A DNA stretch of 64,000 nt from Candidatus Caldarchaeum sp. (GCA_038831915.1 JAWBKB010000001.1:64001-128000), one strand, 5' to 3'; counted from the first letter of the stretch, positions 48,173-58,341 are shown. Numbers and translations: made by a program. Notes: a model not told the origin generated them from the letters alone.

Positions 48173-48727
48173 TTGTTGGTGGACGCGACGAGGATTCGGC
48201 AGTTTATCATGATCCGTCTGCCTGCTGCGGTCATAGCCATGGTTGTTTTGGTTGCTCTGCTCGCGGTGGGAGCGTTAATGCCGATTTCATATTTAGACGC
48301 ACGAGCCTTGGTTGATCAGTTTGACGAGCTATTGCCCACACTCATCGCAACGCCTGCAGGCATATTCTTCAACAACCTCTTCGCGTCGCTTTTAATGATG
48401 ATACCGGCCGTTGGAATCGTTTTAGCCGGCTTCATCGTCTATAACACAGGCGTTGTAATAGGAGCCTATTCTGTTGTCTCGAACACTCCAGTCGTTCTCG
48501 CGTTGTTGATCCCGTTTCTGACGGTTTACGGCTTCATCGAAATGTTGGCTTATGGATTCGCTGTTTCCCAAAGCTATTTCTTGGCATCTTCGGTCATCAA
48601 GAAAAATTTTCGAACAGAGCTGAAAATAGTTCCTTACACCCTGTTGGCCGTTGTCGCGTTGCTGTTCATAGGAGCCGTTCTCGAATGGGTTCTGATAGTT
48701 TTTTTCAGCGGAATGCTACCGGCTTAG
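48173..48727 (+). CDS. SpoIIM/DUF95-family membrane protein
   Basis: IFFNN, YNTG, YGFIEMLAY, LFIGAVLE. Confidence 0.85.
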   Translation: MLVDATRIRQFIMIRLPAAVIAMVVLVALLAVGALMPISYLDARALVDQFDELLPTLIATPAGIFFNNLFASLLMMIPAVGIVLAGFIVYNTGVVIGAYSVVSNTPVVLALLIPFLTVYGFIEMLAYGFAVSQSYFLASSVIKKNFRTELKIVPYTLLAVVALLFIGAVLEWVLIVFFSGMLPA

Positions 48728-49420
48728 CAGACGGAAAAAATGAGCCATGATGTCTCCTGCCAACAAGTTTAGGAAATAGCCAGCGGTGAAAAAAACAAGC
48801 AACGGTATCCCAGGAGTTATCCATACATCGTCTCTGTCAACACGGTCAAGCTCCTCAATAGCAATATTGAAACGAAACTTCCTCACACCGTCTTTTTCGT
48901 GTTCAATCACTCCCCAGAAAATTTTCCCAGCGGCTTTCTTCATCCTTGTTCCGAGAAACAACGCGAAGAGACGTCGGTAAAGTTTCTCATTTTCGAAGCC
49001 GGCGAAAATTTTTTCACCCCACAAAAGCCGGTAACAATTCAACGAAAAGAAGAAAATCGGAAGACTGATTGAAAGAATCATGCCGTTAGTGAGGACGGAC
49101 AGGGCGTTTACGCCGTGTAGCTGAGGCGCTGTAACTGAAAATGGCTGAACAAGAGCAACCATCGTTAATGCTTTGGCGTCAGCTCCTCCATACAATCCAC
49201 TGAAGTAGAAGGCGAACGCCACGCCGGCCGATATTAAAACAGCTAAACCGTATCGAATAAACGATTCTATACCGGTTGGCAAGAGAAAATACATGTTTAA
49301 CGCGATGCCGACGATGGAAGGAACCATCCAGACGACATCGTCAACTTCACGCTTTACCAGGTCTTGGTAGGATGAAAAAAGAAGAGTGACGCTAACGATT
49401 AAAGTACTCCAGTACTCCAT
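48716..49420 (-). CDS. A24 prepilin/preflagellin peptidase (FlaK/PibD-like)
   Basis: SYQDLVKREVDD, YGGADAKAL, VWITPGIPLLVF. Confidence 0.92.
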   Translation of the reverse strand: MEYWSTLIVSVTLLFSSYQDLVKREVDDVVWMVPSIVGIALNMYFLLPTGIESFIRYGLAVLISAGVAFAFYFSGLYGGADAKALTMVALVQPFSVTAPQLHGVNALSVLTNGMILSISLPIFFFSLNCYRLLWGEKIFAGFENEKLYRRLFALFLGTRMKKAAGKIFWGVIEHEKDGVRKFRFNIAIEELDRVDRDDVWITPGIPLLVFFTAGYFLNLLAGDIMAHFFRLLSR

Positions 49421-49425
49421 CAGGT

Positions 49426-50679
49426 TTACGGCCAGACACCGAGGTAATTTATGGCTTCCGCTACCTTTTCAACGGCCAGTATCATCGCTCCCTGCCGCAT
49501 GGGCACCTCGTATTTCCGCGCTCTTTCATTCACTTCTTTGAATCCTTTCACGATTTTGGCTTCGAGCTTCGAATGCACTTCTTCGATGGTCCATGTCTCA
49601 CGTTTAAGGTTCTGAACCCATTCGAGATAGCTGACGGTAACACCGCCCGCGTTTGACAAAATATCCGGTATCACGGGAATCTTCCTTTCCTTCAAAACTC
49701 TGTCACCGTCCGGCGTCGTAGGCCCGTTAGCTCCTTCCGCGATGACTTTTGCATCAATTTTTTCAGCCACTTTAGCGTCGATTGCGTTTTCAAGTGCCGC
49801 TGGAATGAGTAGGTCACAGGACACGTGCAGCATTTCGTCCGATGAAAGTGGCTCGGCTCCGGGGAAGCCTACAACCGAGCCTGTCTTGTTTTTATGCTCA
49901 AGGACTTCGTGTGGGTCTAAGCCGTTGCGATTGTAGATTCCTCCTTTCGAGTCGCTCACCGCCACTATCTTCGCACCATATTCGTCGTGAAGGATTTTCG
50001 CGGCGTGATAGCCTACGTTTCCGTATCCTTGAATAGCTACTTTCGCGTCCTTCAACGGCTTCGACATGCTTTTGAAGAATTCACGAGCAGTGATTACGAC
50101 GCTTCGAGACGTGGCGTCAAGCCTGCCCAAACTTCCGTAGAGGCTGACCGGTTTTCCGGTCGCGACTTCAGGTGTGAAAACTCCTTTGAGCATGCTGTAT
50201 GTGTCAACCATCCACGCCATCGTTTGAGCGTCGGTGTAAACATCGGGCCCGGGAATGTCAAGGTATGGGCCGATTACATCGTATATCATGGACGTATACC
50301 TGCGTGTTATTCGTTCAAGCTCTGTTTTGCTCAAGTTTTTCGGGTTGCAGGCCACTCCTCCTTTCGCACCTCCATATGGAAGGTCTACCACTGCACATTT
50401 CCAAGTCATCAACATCGCCAAAGCGGTCACTTCATCGACGTCAACCGTTGGATAATATCTGACACCGCCTTTATACGGGCCTCTGGCGTTGCTGTGCTGA
50501 ACACGGATACCCGTGAAAACCTTGGTTTCACCGCTGTCAGTTTTTATCGGCACTGAAACTATCACTATTCTTTTAGGCCGTTTTAGAATCTCGTGAAGAC
50601 CTGGGTCAAGATTAAGATACTCAGCGGCTTCCTTTAAAGAGGATAAAACGCTGTTCAAAAAAAGGGTTCCAGTACTCAC
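49426..50679 (-). CDS. gdhA: Glutamate dehydrogenase
   Basis: RVQH, RGPYKGG, MTWKCA, GGAKGG, QGYGNVG, EGANGP, NAGGVTVSYLEWVQN. Confidence 0.97.
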   Translation of the reverse strand: MSTGTLFLNSVLSSLKEAAEYLNLDPGLHEILKRPKRIVIVSVPIKTDSGETKVFTGIRVQHSNARGPYKGGVRYYPTVDVDEVTALAMLMTWKCAVVDLPYGGAKGGVACNPKNLSKTELERITRRYTSMIYDVIGPYLDIPGPDVYTDAQTMAWMVDTYSMLKGVFTPEVATGKPVSLYGSLGRLDATSRSVVITAREFFKSMSKPLKDAKVAIQGYGNVGYHAAKILHDEYGAKIVAVSDSKGGIYNRNGLDPHEVLEHKNKTGSVVGFPGAEPLSSDEMLHVSCDLLIPAALENAIDAKVAEKIDAKVIAEGANGPTTPDGDRVLKERKIPVIPDILSNAGGVTVSYLEWVQNLKRETWTIEEVHSKLEAKIVKGFKEVNERARKYEVPMRQGAMILAVEKVAEAINYLGVWP

Positions 50680-50778
50680 AACTTTAAGAATTGTCTCTCA
50701 AAATAAAAGGATTATTTGAAATCATAGTGGTTGAAGTTTCGCCTGTGTCGGCGCAGACTAATATATCCGGCATAGTAT

Positions 50779-51396
50779 ATGTGCAACATGGAGGAAAAAT
50801 CCGTCGGCGACCGGAAGTTTCTTCTGCTGAGCTGGCTTGACGTAGAAAAGCAAATCGACGAATTAGCTGATGAAATAGTCGCTGATGGATATCCAGTGGA
50901 CACGATTGTAGGAATTCTCCGCGGAGGCGTTATCGTTGCCAATCTTCTTTCAGACGTTCTCGACATTCGTGAAATCTATGTCATCGGCTGTCAATCATAC
51001 AAGGGAACCAAACACGGTGAGTTGAAAATTTATCATGATTTGACCTTGCGAGATTTACGAGGTCGACATGTTCTGTTAGTCGATGACGTGGCTGACACAG
51101 GCTCGACTTTGGAAGCGGCTGTGGCGCAAATAATCAAACCACGTGAGCCCCGTGATGTTCGGACGGCGACTTTGCTGAAAAAGCCTTGGAGCAGCCACGT
51201 TCCCGACTACTGTACATCATCGACAGATGCATGGATTATTTTCCCGTGGGAAAGATTCGAAACAATTCGCTCTGTGGGAAAAATTTTAGTCGAAAGCCTC
51301 GGTCCCGAAAAGGCGGTTGAACAGCTCACGGGTTTTTCGCGTTTGAGCAGGAAGAAAGTCGCGTCTGTGCTCGAGTTTCCGCAGCGGACTTATTAG
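50779..51396 (+). CDS. Type I phosphoribosyltransferase (purine salvage-like)
   Basis: GILRGG, VLLVDDVADTGSTL, WIIFPWE. Confidence 0.93.
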   Translation: MCNMEEKSVGDRKFLLLSWLDVEKQIDELADEIVADGYPVDTIVGILRGGVIVANLLSDVLDIREIYVIGCQSYKGTKHGELKIYHDLTLRDLRGRHVLLVDDVADTGSTLEAAVAQIIKPREPRDVRTATLLKKPWSSHVPDYCTSSTDAWIIFPWERFETIRSVGKILVESLGPEKAVEQLTGFSRLSRKKVASVLEFPQRTY

Positions 51397-51410
51397 ATGG
51401 ATGGAGAAGG

Positions 51411-52685
51411 TTGTTGCAGGATATGGCTCATAGGGTTTACGCTGAAATCTACGGATGTTCGGCGAACCAAGCCGACGGTGAAATAGCGTTAGGCCTTTTG
51501 AAAAGCAAAGGATACGAGTTGGTCGACGACGAGTCGAAAGCCGATTACGTGGTGCTGGTTACCTGCGCTGTCAAGAAACCAACTTCCGACCGAATGATTC
51601 ACCGCATAAAGAAATTCGCGAAGCTCGGGCCTCGGCTCGTGGTCGCGGGCTGCATGGCTACAGGCGAAACCGAACGCGTCAAAAAAACTGCTCCACAAGC
51701 TATACTCCTTCCACCCAAGGAAATCACTGGGATCACTGCTACAATTGAGGGAAAACCGTTTGAAGCTAAAAGCATCAAGCTTGGGTTGCCGAGAATTCGG
51801 AAAAATCCAGTGATTTCAATCGTGCCGGTGTCTGAGGGATGCCGGTGGAGCCGCTGTAGCTTCTGCATAGTTCCGTTTTCGCGTCCCGGCTACGAAAGCT
51901 TCCCAGTCAGACTCGTCGTAGAAGAGGTTTCCAACGCCTTGGCCGAAGGATGCAAAGAGGTGTGGCTCACAAGTCAAGACATGGGGAGCTACGGACTTGA
52001 ATCAGGAAGAAACCTTCTCCCCGAACTCATCGAATCAATCAACCAGCTACCCGGAAAATTCTTCGTGCGAATTGGTATGATGAACCCAATCTACCTCAAG
52101 CCACTAATCTACCGTCTCGTCGAATCATTCAGAGGCGAGAAAATTTTCAAGTTCATCCATCTCCCCGTGCAATCAGGCTCCGACAAAGTATTAGCCGACA
52201 TGAGACGCGGCCACGATGTAAAAATTTTCCGACATATTTTGTCGCGGTTCCGCGAAACGTTTCCCGAAATTACTCTATCAACCGACATCATAGTCGGCTA
52301 TCCGACGGAAACGGATGATGATTTCGAACAGACCTTGAAGCTGATAGAAGAAATCAAACCCAGCGTAGTGAACGTTTCGAAATATTTCCCGCGACCCAAC
52401 ACACCGGCCGAGCGACTCAAACCACTGCCGTCAACCATAGTTGCGAAAAGAATAGCGGAAATCAACGCGGTCTTGGCGGAAATTCAGCTGGAAAACAATA
52501 TGAGATGGGTTGGATGGACCGGTGAATTAATAGTGGACGAACTTGGCAAAAACGGGAAAATGGTCGGACGGAATTACACCTATAGACCTGTAGTATTCGA
52601 AGGCAAAGAAAACCTTCTTGGCCAGTTTGTCCAAGTGGAAGTGGTCGAAGCCCGTCGAACCTACTTGATGGGAAGACTACTGTGA
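51411..52685 (+). CDS. tRNA t6A37 methylthiotransferase (e-MtaB/CDKAL1-like radical SAM)
   Basis: YGCSAN, TCAVK, VAGC, GCRWSRCSFC, SQDMGSYG, RIGMMNP, HLPVQSGS, TDIIVGYPTE, TRAM tail. Confidence 0.92.
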   Translation: MLQDMAHRVYAEIYGCSANQADGEIALGLLKSKGYELVDDESKADYVVLVTCAVKKPTSDRMIHRIKKFAKLGPRLVVAGCMATGETERVKKTAPQAILLPPKEITGITATIEGKPFEAKSIKLGLPRIRKNPVISIVPVSEGCRWSRCSFCIVPFSRPGYESFPVRLVVEEVSNALAEGCKEVWLTSQDMGSYGLESGRNLLPELIESINQLPGKFFVRIGMMNPIYLKPLIYRLVESFRGEKIFKFIHLPVQSGSDKVLADMRRGHDVKIFRHILSRFRETFPEITLSTDIIVGYPTETDDDFEQTLKLIEEIKPSVVNVSKYFPRPNTPAERLKPLPSTIVAKRIAEINAVLAEIQLENNMRWVGWTGELIVDELGKNGKMVGRNYTYRPVVFEGKENLLGQFVQVEVVEARRTYLMGRLL

Positions 52686-53303
52686 AGTCATTTCTGGCAT
52701 GGGTCCTTCGACGACCGTGACCGTGCCGACCATCCATGGATGCGGCGTGCAGTGATACGGGTAAATGCCGGCCCTGCCGAAAACGAATATCCATCTTTCA
52801 CCCGGCCCAAAAAGCCCGGAATCAAACAAGCCTTGGTCCGATGTAACTGTGTGAGCGACGTTTACTTTCTCCTCGTTAACCCAGATGACAGTGCTGTTGT
52901 ATCCCGCCAAGACTTTAACGCTGGCCGGAACATAGGTTTCGGTGGCCGCGGGGTCGAAAGAGCCGGGTAAGATGACGATTGTTACGTTGAAGGGCGTCGG
53001 CCCAGTCAAAGCTATTTGTTCAACTTTCGCAAACGGGCCTATCTGAAGAGCAGCCGATACAAGCACGAAAGAAATCAAACCAATTCCGATGAAGCTCAAT
53101 GCGTAAACTTTTCCACCTGAAATGACTGGAAGCCCTCCTTTAAACAAACCTATCGGAAGCATCACGATTCCCAAACCAAGCAGAAACGCCGAAAACTCGG
53201 CTAGTGGCCGCATCGTGTCAGAAATCCCGATGTAAGGGATGAAAACCCCTGCTATTCCCATGATTATGAAGAGAATCGCAACGACCAAAATCGTCTCGTC
53301 CAT
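52677..53303 (-). CDS. Membrane-anchored blue copper (plastocyanin-like) protein
   Basis: Three N-terminal TM helices; HTVT, FDSG, YHCTPHPWM. Confidence 0.9.
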   Translation of the reverse strand: MDETILVVAILFIIMGIAGVFIPYIGISDTMRPLAEFSAFLLGLGIVMLPIGLFKGGLPVISGGKVYALSFIGIGLISFVLVSAALQIGPFAKVEQIALTGPTPFNVTIVILPGSFDPAATETYVPASVKVLAGYNSTVIWVNEEKVNVAHTVTSDQGLFDSGLFGPGERWIFVFGRAGIYPYHCTPHPWMVGTVTVVEGPMPEMTSQ

Positions 53304-53403
53304 GGCTAAAACTTTTCAGAACCACTTTTTATACTGTAACAAATTTCAACCAAAATTTCACAGCCACAAGCAGGAATGGAGTTAAATAACCAGTGTTTGT
53401 TTT

Positions 53404-54072
53404 TTGGCCGGATTGAAAATCGCCGTCATCGGTGGAACCGGGGATATGGGATTTGGGCTGGCGGCCAGACTTGTTCAAGCCGGATATCATGTCGTGATTG
53501 GTTCGAGGAAAACCGAGAAAGCGCTAGAGGCCGTCGAAAAGATAAGAATCATCACGGGAAAAACCAACGTTGAGGGAAAAATAAACAACGAATCTGTCGC
53601 AGGGTGCAGGTTTGTTTTCTTTAGCGTTCCCTACGAGGGAATGAAAGAAATCGCCCAAACAGTTGCTGCATCTCTCGAAAAAGATTCTATCGTTGTCTCA
53701 TGCATAGTGCCTTTCGTCGACGTTGAGAAATCGGCCGCGGAAGAACTTGCAAGCAGTCTTCCCAACGGAACAAAAGTGGTTTCAGCTTTACACACCATCA
53801 GTGCATCGCTTTTATCGGAGCTGAATGTCCCGATTGATTCGGACACCTTCGTGTTCGGAGACGACAAGGAAGCGAAAAAACAGCTCGTCAAGCTCCTCGT
53901 TTGCATCGAGGGCCTCAGACCTGTGGATGGTGGGCCTTTGAAAAACTCAAGGTATGGCGAGGCTTTTACTCGTTTTCTCGTAGGAATCAACAAAAGATAC
54001 GGGATCTCATCAGCCGGCCTAAGAATTACACAGCTAGACGATTCAACTGTCCAAGCCTGGTGGCAGAGATGA
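53404..54072 (+). CDS. npdG: NADPH-dependent F420 reductase
   Basis: GGTGDMGFGLA, IGSR, SAAE, VVSALHTISA, DGGPL, INKRY. Confidence 0.9.
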   Translation: MAGLKIAVIGGTGDMGFGLAARLVQAGYHVVIGSRKTEKALEAVEKIRIITGKTNVEGKINNESVAGCRFVFFSVPYEGMKEIAQTVAASLEKDSIVVSCIVPFVDVEKSAAEELASSLPNGTKVVSALHTISASLLSELNVPIDSDTFVFGDDKEAKKQLVKLLVCIEGLRPVDGGPLKNSRYGEAFTRFLVGINKRYGISSAGLRITQLDDSTVQAWWQR

Positions 54073-55418
54073 AGCCATCTCCAACAATTTTCCGAGCCTA
54101 TGACATCAGAGGAGTTTACGGTAGGGACGTTGACGAAGAGGTCGCGTACATGGTTGGAAGAGCTTTTGGAACCATGGTTCAGGGTAGAGTCATCGTGGGA
54201 CGCGACGTTCGGCTAAGCGGGGAAACACTTGTGAAAGCTCTGGCCGACGGTTTGAACGAATCGGGAGTAACTGTGTTGATAGCAGGCGTCTGCACCACGC
54301 CTGCGTGCTACTTCGGTGGACAATACTTCAAAACTGACGGTGGAGTTATGGTAACAGCCAGTCACAACCCAGCTGAATGGAACGGTTTCAAAATGTTCCT
54401 TGCCGACGGCGAAACAGTTTCACAGGGAGCAGGAATGGAACAGCTCCGCGACATGGTTATGAAGAACGAATACGGACCGCTTGCGAAAACAAAAGGAACA
54501 ATAGAACACGTCGACCTCAACAAAATTTACGTAAACTACCTGGCTGAAAGATTTCAACCATTTGAAGGAATCAAATTGGCTGTCGACATGAGCGACGGCT
54601 CCGCGTCACTTGTCTTCCCCAAGATAGCTGAAAAACTGAAGCTCAAAATCATCGCTCTCAACGACAACCCTGACGGATTCTTCCGTGGTCATTCGCCGGA
54701 GCCGACAGAGGAAAACATCGGACCCTTGAAACAAATAGTGGTCGAACATAACCTCGATTTCGGAGTTGCTTTCGACGGCGACGCAGATAGAGCGGTCTTC
54801 GTAGACGACAAAGGCAGAACACTTGAGGGAGACATCGCGTTAGCGGTTCTACTCAAAACAGTACAGAGAAAAGGGTTGGTCATTTACGACGTTAATTCTT
54901 CTTCTGCTTTGAAAGAAACAGCTGAAAAGCTTGGGTTTCAGACTCTTGAATGGAAAGTAGGCCGGGCGTTCATACATAGAAAAGTTCGCGAGCTTAGAGC
55001 TGTCATCGGCGGAGAAAAAAGCAACCACCTCTATTTCGGTGAACTTGATGGAAACGACGACGCCATTTACGCCGCGTTAAAAGTCGCCGAGCTCATCCAC
55101 AAAACCAAGACCAGACTTTCACAACACGTTGAAGAAATTCCAAAATATCCTACAACACCGATACTTGTTTTTGAATGCCCTGACGACAAAAAATTCAAAG
55201 CCGTAGAAACTATCGCGGAAAAGTTGGAGTCTCTCGGCTACAAAGTCAGCCGCCTTGACGGAGTGAAAGCCTACACCGAAAACGGATGGATTTTAATCAG
55301 AGCATCAAACACAATGCCGCAAGTGAAAATGTCGGTTGAGGCGAAGGATCATGAAACACTTCGAAAACTAAAGGCGCTTGGGGAAAGCCTGATTAGGGAA
55401 GCGTTTGCCTCGGTGTAG
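54069..55418 (+). CDS. Phosphomannomutase/phosphoglucomutase
   Basis: FRAYDIRG, TASHNP, FDGDADR, GEKSNH, RASNT. Start at the ATGA overlap. Confidence 0.95.
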   Translation: MKPSPTIFRAYDIRGVYGRDVDEEVAYMVGRAFGTMVQGRVIVGRDVRLSGETLVKALADGLNESGVTVLIAGVCTTPACYFGGQYFKTDGGVMVTASHNPAEWNGFKMFLADGETVSQGAGMEQLRDMVMKNEYGPLAKTKGTIEHVDLNKIYVNYLAERFQPFEGIKLAVDMSDGSASLVFPKIAEKLKLKIIALNDNPDGFFRGHSPEPTEENIGPLKQIVVEHNLDFGVAFDGDADRAVFVDDKGRTLEGDIALAVLLKTVQRKGLVIYDVNSSSALKETAEKLGFQTLEWKVGRAFIHRKVRELRAVIGGEKSNHLYFGELDGNDDAIYAALKVAELIHKTKTRLSQHVEEIPKYPTTPILVFECPDDKKFKAVETIAEKLESLGYKVSRLDGVKAYTENGWILIRASNTMPQVKMSVEAKDHETLRKLKALGESLIREAFASV

Positions 55419-55421
55419 ACC

Positions 55422-56054
55422 TTGACTGACTGGCTTCAGTCGTTAGCGCTTACCTACGGGCCGGCGGGAGTGTTTGTTGTCTCGCTTCTCGGAAGCGTGC
55501 TCCCATTCGTCCCGATTCCCTACCTTTTCGTCGTCGTTCTTTTGAGCGACACGGTTGACCCGCTTTTGTTAGGCATAGTCTCTGGGCTCGGTGGTTCTTT
55601 GGGAAAAATTACTTCATATGCGTTGGGCCGGATGGGTTACAGGTTTCTGGGTGAAACACGTCAAAGAAGAATGGATGCTCTAAGGGAAATAATCGGCAAA
55701 TACGGCGTGATAGGTGTCTTTGTTTTCGCTTTAACCCCGTTACCCGATGATGTCTACATTATTCCAGCGGGTATGGTGAGGCTGAATTTCTGGCGTTTTC
55801 TACTCGCGAACACTCTGGGGAAAATCATCTTGGCGACTTTGGTCGCTGTCCTCGGCCGAACCTACTTCGAATATGCGCGAATATTACTTGGAGAATCGAC
55901 ATGGATAACAACGGGGTTAGCGGTTTTGGCCATGGTAATTATCACCGTAATACTTTTGCGAACCGATTGGGAAACTATGCTTCAAACCCTAAAAAAAACG
56001 GGCTGGAAAGGCGTTCTACAAAATCTCGGCGTATGGAGAAGAAATACGAAATGA
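55422..56054 (+). CDS. VTT/DedA-family membrane protein
   Basis: LPFVPIPY, SLGKITSYALGR, ALTPLPDD, LGKII. Confidence 0.9.
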   Translation: MTDWLQSLALTYGPAGVFVVSLLGSVLPFVPIPYLFVVVLLSDTVDPLLLGIVSGLGGSLGKITSYALGRMGYRFLGETRQRRMDALREIIGKYGVIGVFVFALTPLPDDVYIIPAGMVRLNFWRFLLANTLGKIILATLVAVLGRTYFEYARILLGESTWITTGLAVLAMVIITVILLRTDWETMLQTLKKTGWKGVLQNLGVWRRNTK

Positions 56055-56094
56055 CGTTCGCCGGCGCGTAGGAGTTGGAGACGAAAAGAAATTT

Positions 56095-56880
56095 ATGCAT
56101 GCGAGTACATACAAAAGCGTTGTGAAAGCCGCAGGCTACATACTTGCGTTCATGTCCATGACAGGGCTAGTTTTTTCCATGTGGTTCGCGGCGGCATCAT
56201 TCCTGGTGCCCGTGCTTTTGAGGTTTTTCATCCCTGATTCTCTCATCTCACTGTTGATAACAGCGTTAATTTTGTCGGCGATTTACACATTCATACATTA
56301 CAAGCTTCAGCGAACCATTTTCTGGCCTCTCCTTACACTAGGAGCTTTGTAGGGCGGAATCCTAGCATATGTCCTGCTCTACTTAGTAGGTTCATCTTGG
56401 CCCCTGGTGCCGTGGTTCTTGGGGTTAGCTACATTTGTTGTTCCTTCTGTCGTAATCAGCGTCGTGTTTGTCGTCCTCAGTCGTGGCAAGAAAGCTACCG
56501 CGGTCGAAGTGGAGGCCGTTGAACCTGTTGTCACTGAGAAACCTGCTGAACAACAGCCCGGTGGGGAGGAGAAGAAGCTTGAAATACAACCATCGCCACC
56601 GTCACAGCCGCAGCCACAGCAGCAGTTTTCCACATCGCCACAGCCGATCGCTGCAGCCGTAGAACAACCTACGGCTTATCCCCAGGTGCTGGTTTATCAG
56701 ACACCCCAAATACCAATCGTGCCGGAAAAAATTGACAGTGAGGACATAGAAGATTACATTCTCGACTTCATCGACCAGAAAAAGATAACAGAACTTGTGC
56801 CGGTTCAAGCTCCTTCCGCTGATGGGGGAATTTATCCAGCCATTCAAAATGACGTAGATATCGACACTGCTCGCCTAGTT
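56095..56880 (+). pseudogene. Membrane protein with Pro/Gln linker and truncated cytoplasmic domain; internal in-frame TAG
   Basis: ORFs 56095 and 56407 share a frame across TAG 56350-56352 (TLGAL*GGILAYVLLYLVG). Beyond about 56875 the frame is antisense to a pilin gene. Confidence 0.6.
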
Positions 56881-57057
56881 GGCTCCTATGTTCGACCTAA
56901 GCAAAAGAGCATGCCCGCCAACTTCAAACAACTCACTCGACTGAACGATGGGTATATGGCTCAACAAATAATACCAAAGACCAATTCCCATGACCACAAC
57001 AACCGCTGTAACGATGGCCAGTCCAACGATCTCGCTAAGCCCCTTCTTTGATTTCAG
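56875..57057 (-). CDS. Type IV pilin-like protein, short or truncated (60 aa, probable CTG start)
   Basis: Own translation: (M)KSKKG/LSEIVGLAIVTAVVVVMGIGLWYYLL...NIGAN*, a class III signal peptide. GAGGTG lies upstream. Confidence 0.75.
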   Translation of the reverse strand: MKSKKGLSEIVGLAIVTAVVVVMGIGLWYYLLSHIPIVQSSELFEVGGHALLLRSNIGAN

Positions 57058-58200
57058 GGCTCCCGCACCTCTACGATGATTTCAGAAACAGCGGTCATCC
57101 TGACTGCCGGACTTATGTCGAAGAAAACGGAGTCGTTGTATATTCCACGCGGAACCGTTATTGTGTTGCTCGCCGCGTAGACGATTGCTCCGATGCAGTT
57201 GCGCAACGTGACTGAAATTACGTATCTGCCGCCGATGAGGTCGTTTATTCCCAGTTCCACCACTACCGTTGAGAGCATCCGTTCATTCGTCGAGGTATCA
57301 ACGGTCCACCAAAGCTGAACACCTGATGCATGAGCCTTGAACGGTATCCCGCCGAGACTCCAAAATCTCTGCACAACTTCGTAACCTGAGGACTGACCGT
57401 AATGTTCATCGGCACCACGAACCCAGATATTGTGCCTGTCAACTCAGATATCGAATTGCTTATGGATGGAATTGTGCCAGACACGCCCGAAACAGCTCCG
57501 GACGCGTTTACAATCATGACGTTAACCATCACGTTTTCTGAATGAGAGACGAACGGAGCACGATGAAAAGCTTGTTACTTGGAACACCTGGAACACGTCC
57601 CGAATCCGTGAAAGTAATGGGGTCTATCAAGTCAACCGCCATCCATTTAACACCTTCAGGTATTTCGCAGACCGTCGGAAGCCTTCCTCCGGGAAAGAGG
57701 AAAACAGTTTCCACGTACTTCATTTCATCCGCTGAATGCACAGGGTTGGCTTCGTCGAAAAGTGCGGACGCCACGTACCATATTCGCATTTTCAACCTTT
57801 CACCGGCCACGCAGATATAGCAAGCGGGTATCTCATCATCAGTCAAAGTCGCATTCTCTCCGGGAAGAATTTTTGTCAAGTTTGCGAAAATTGTAGGTGG
57901 ATAGTGGGCTCGAAGATAACCTTCCGGGGTGACCAGCCCCACTCTCGTCACCGTAACAGGGACTGAAGCGACGTTTCTCACGATGGCACTTCTGGCTGTC
58001 GTCGTGTAATTCACAAGTTCAAATGAAAGCTGCGCCGTCGTCTTGACTTGGAGAATTGACCTGTTTAGGTTGGTTGATAGGTTGTTGAAAGAAATGTTTA
58101 GCCAGCTAAGAGCAAACCCCCAGACAAAAAAACCCAATTGCGAGCGTGAGTGCCAAAAGAATAATTGCACCTACAGAAATATCTCCCGACGACCTCGCCT
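57054..58200 (-). pseudogene. Large pilin-like protein gene fragmented by frameshifts
   Basis: DISVGAIILLALTLAIGFF shifts at a T7 tract (58126-58132) into VWGFALSW...VRNVASVPVTV. ORFs 57529-58170, 57263-57532 and 57054-57374 follow in different frames. Confidence 0.65.
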
Positions 58201-58341
58201 CTGAAAATATTTTTGACGATGGCGACGTTCGGGGATTAGTTACTCAAACTGTCCATGCAACGGCTTACACTGATTTAGGCTTTTCAAACCTCTAAACTTG
58301 CGTCACGACCAACAGAACTACCTTTAACAATTTTGGCCATT

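Noticed and set aside
47778-48315. ORFs 47778-48131, 47995-48315 and 48010-48240
   Set aside because: They are shadows of the GC-rich SRP RNA and the adjacent gene.
53901-54068. N-terminal extension of the phosphomannomutase
   Set aside because: It overlaps npdG in another frame; homology starts at ATG 54069.
30717-56352. Genome-wide stop-codon reassignment or pyrrolysine
   Set aside because: Core genes end normally in TAA (rps19) and TAG (sod, fbp), and no pyl genes or suppressor tRNA are visible.
56560-56660. CAGCCG/CAGCAG low-complexity repeats
   Set aside because: They encode a Pro/Gln linker and are not a regular repeat array or CRISPR.
56881-57051. C-terminal tail of ORF 56407-57051
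   Set aside because: It is the antisense reading of the pilin gene and unlikely to be real protein sequence.
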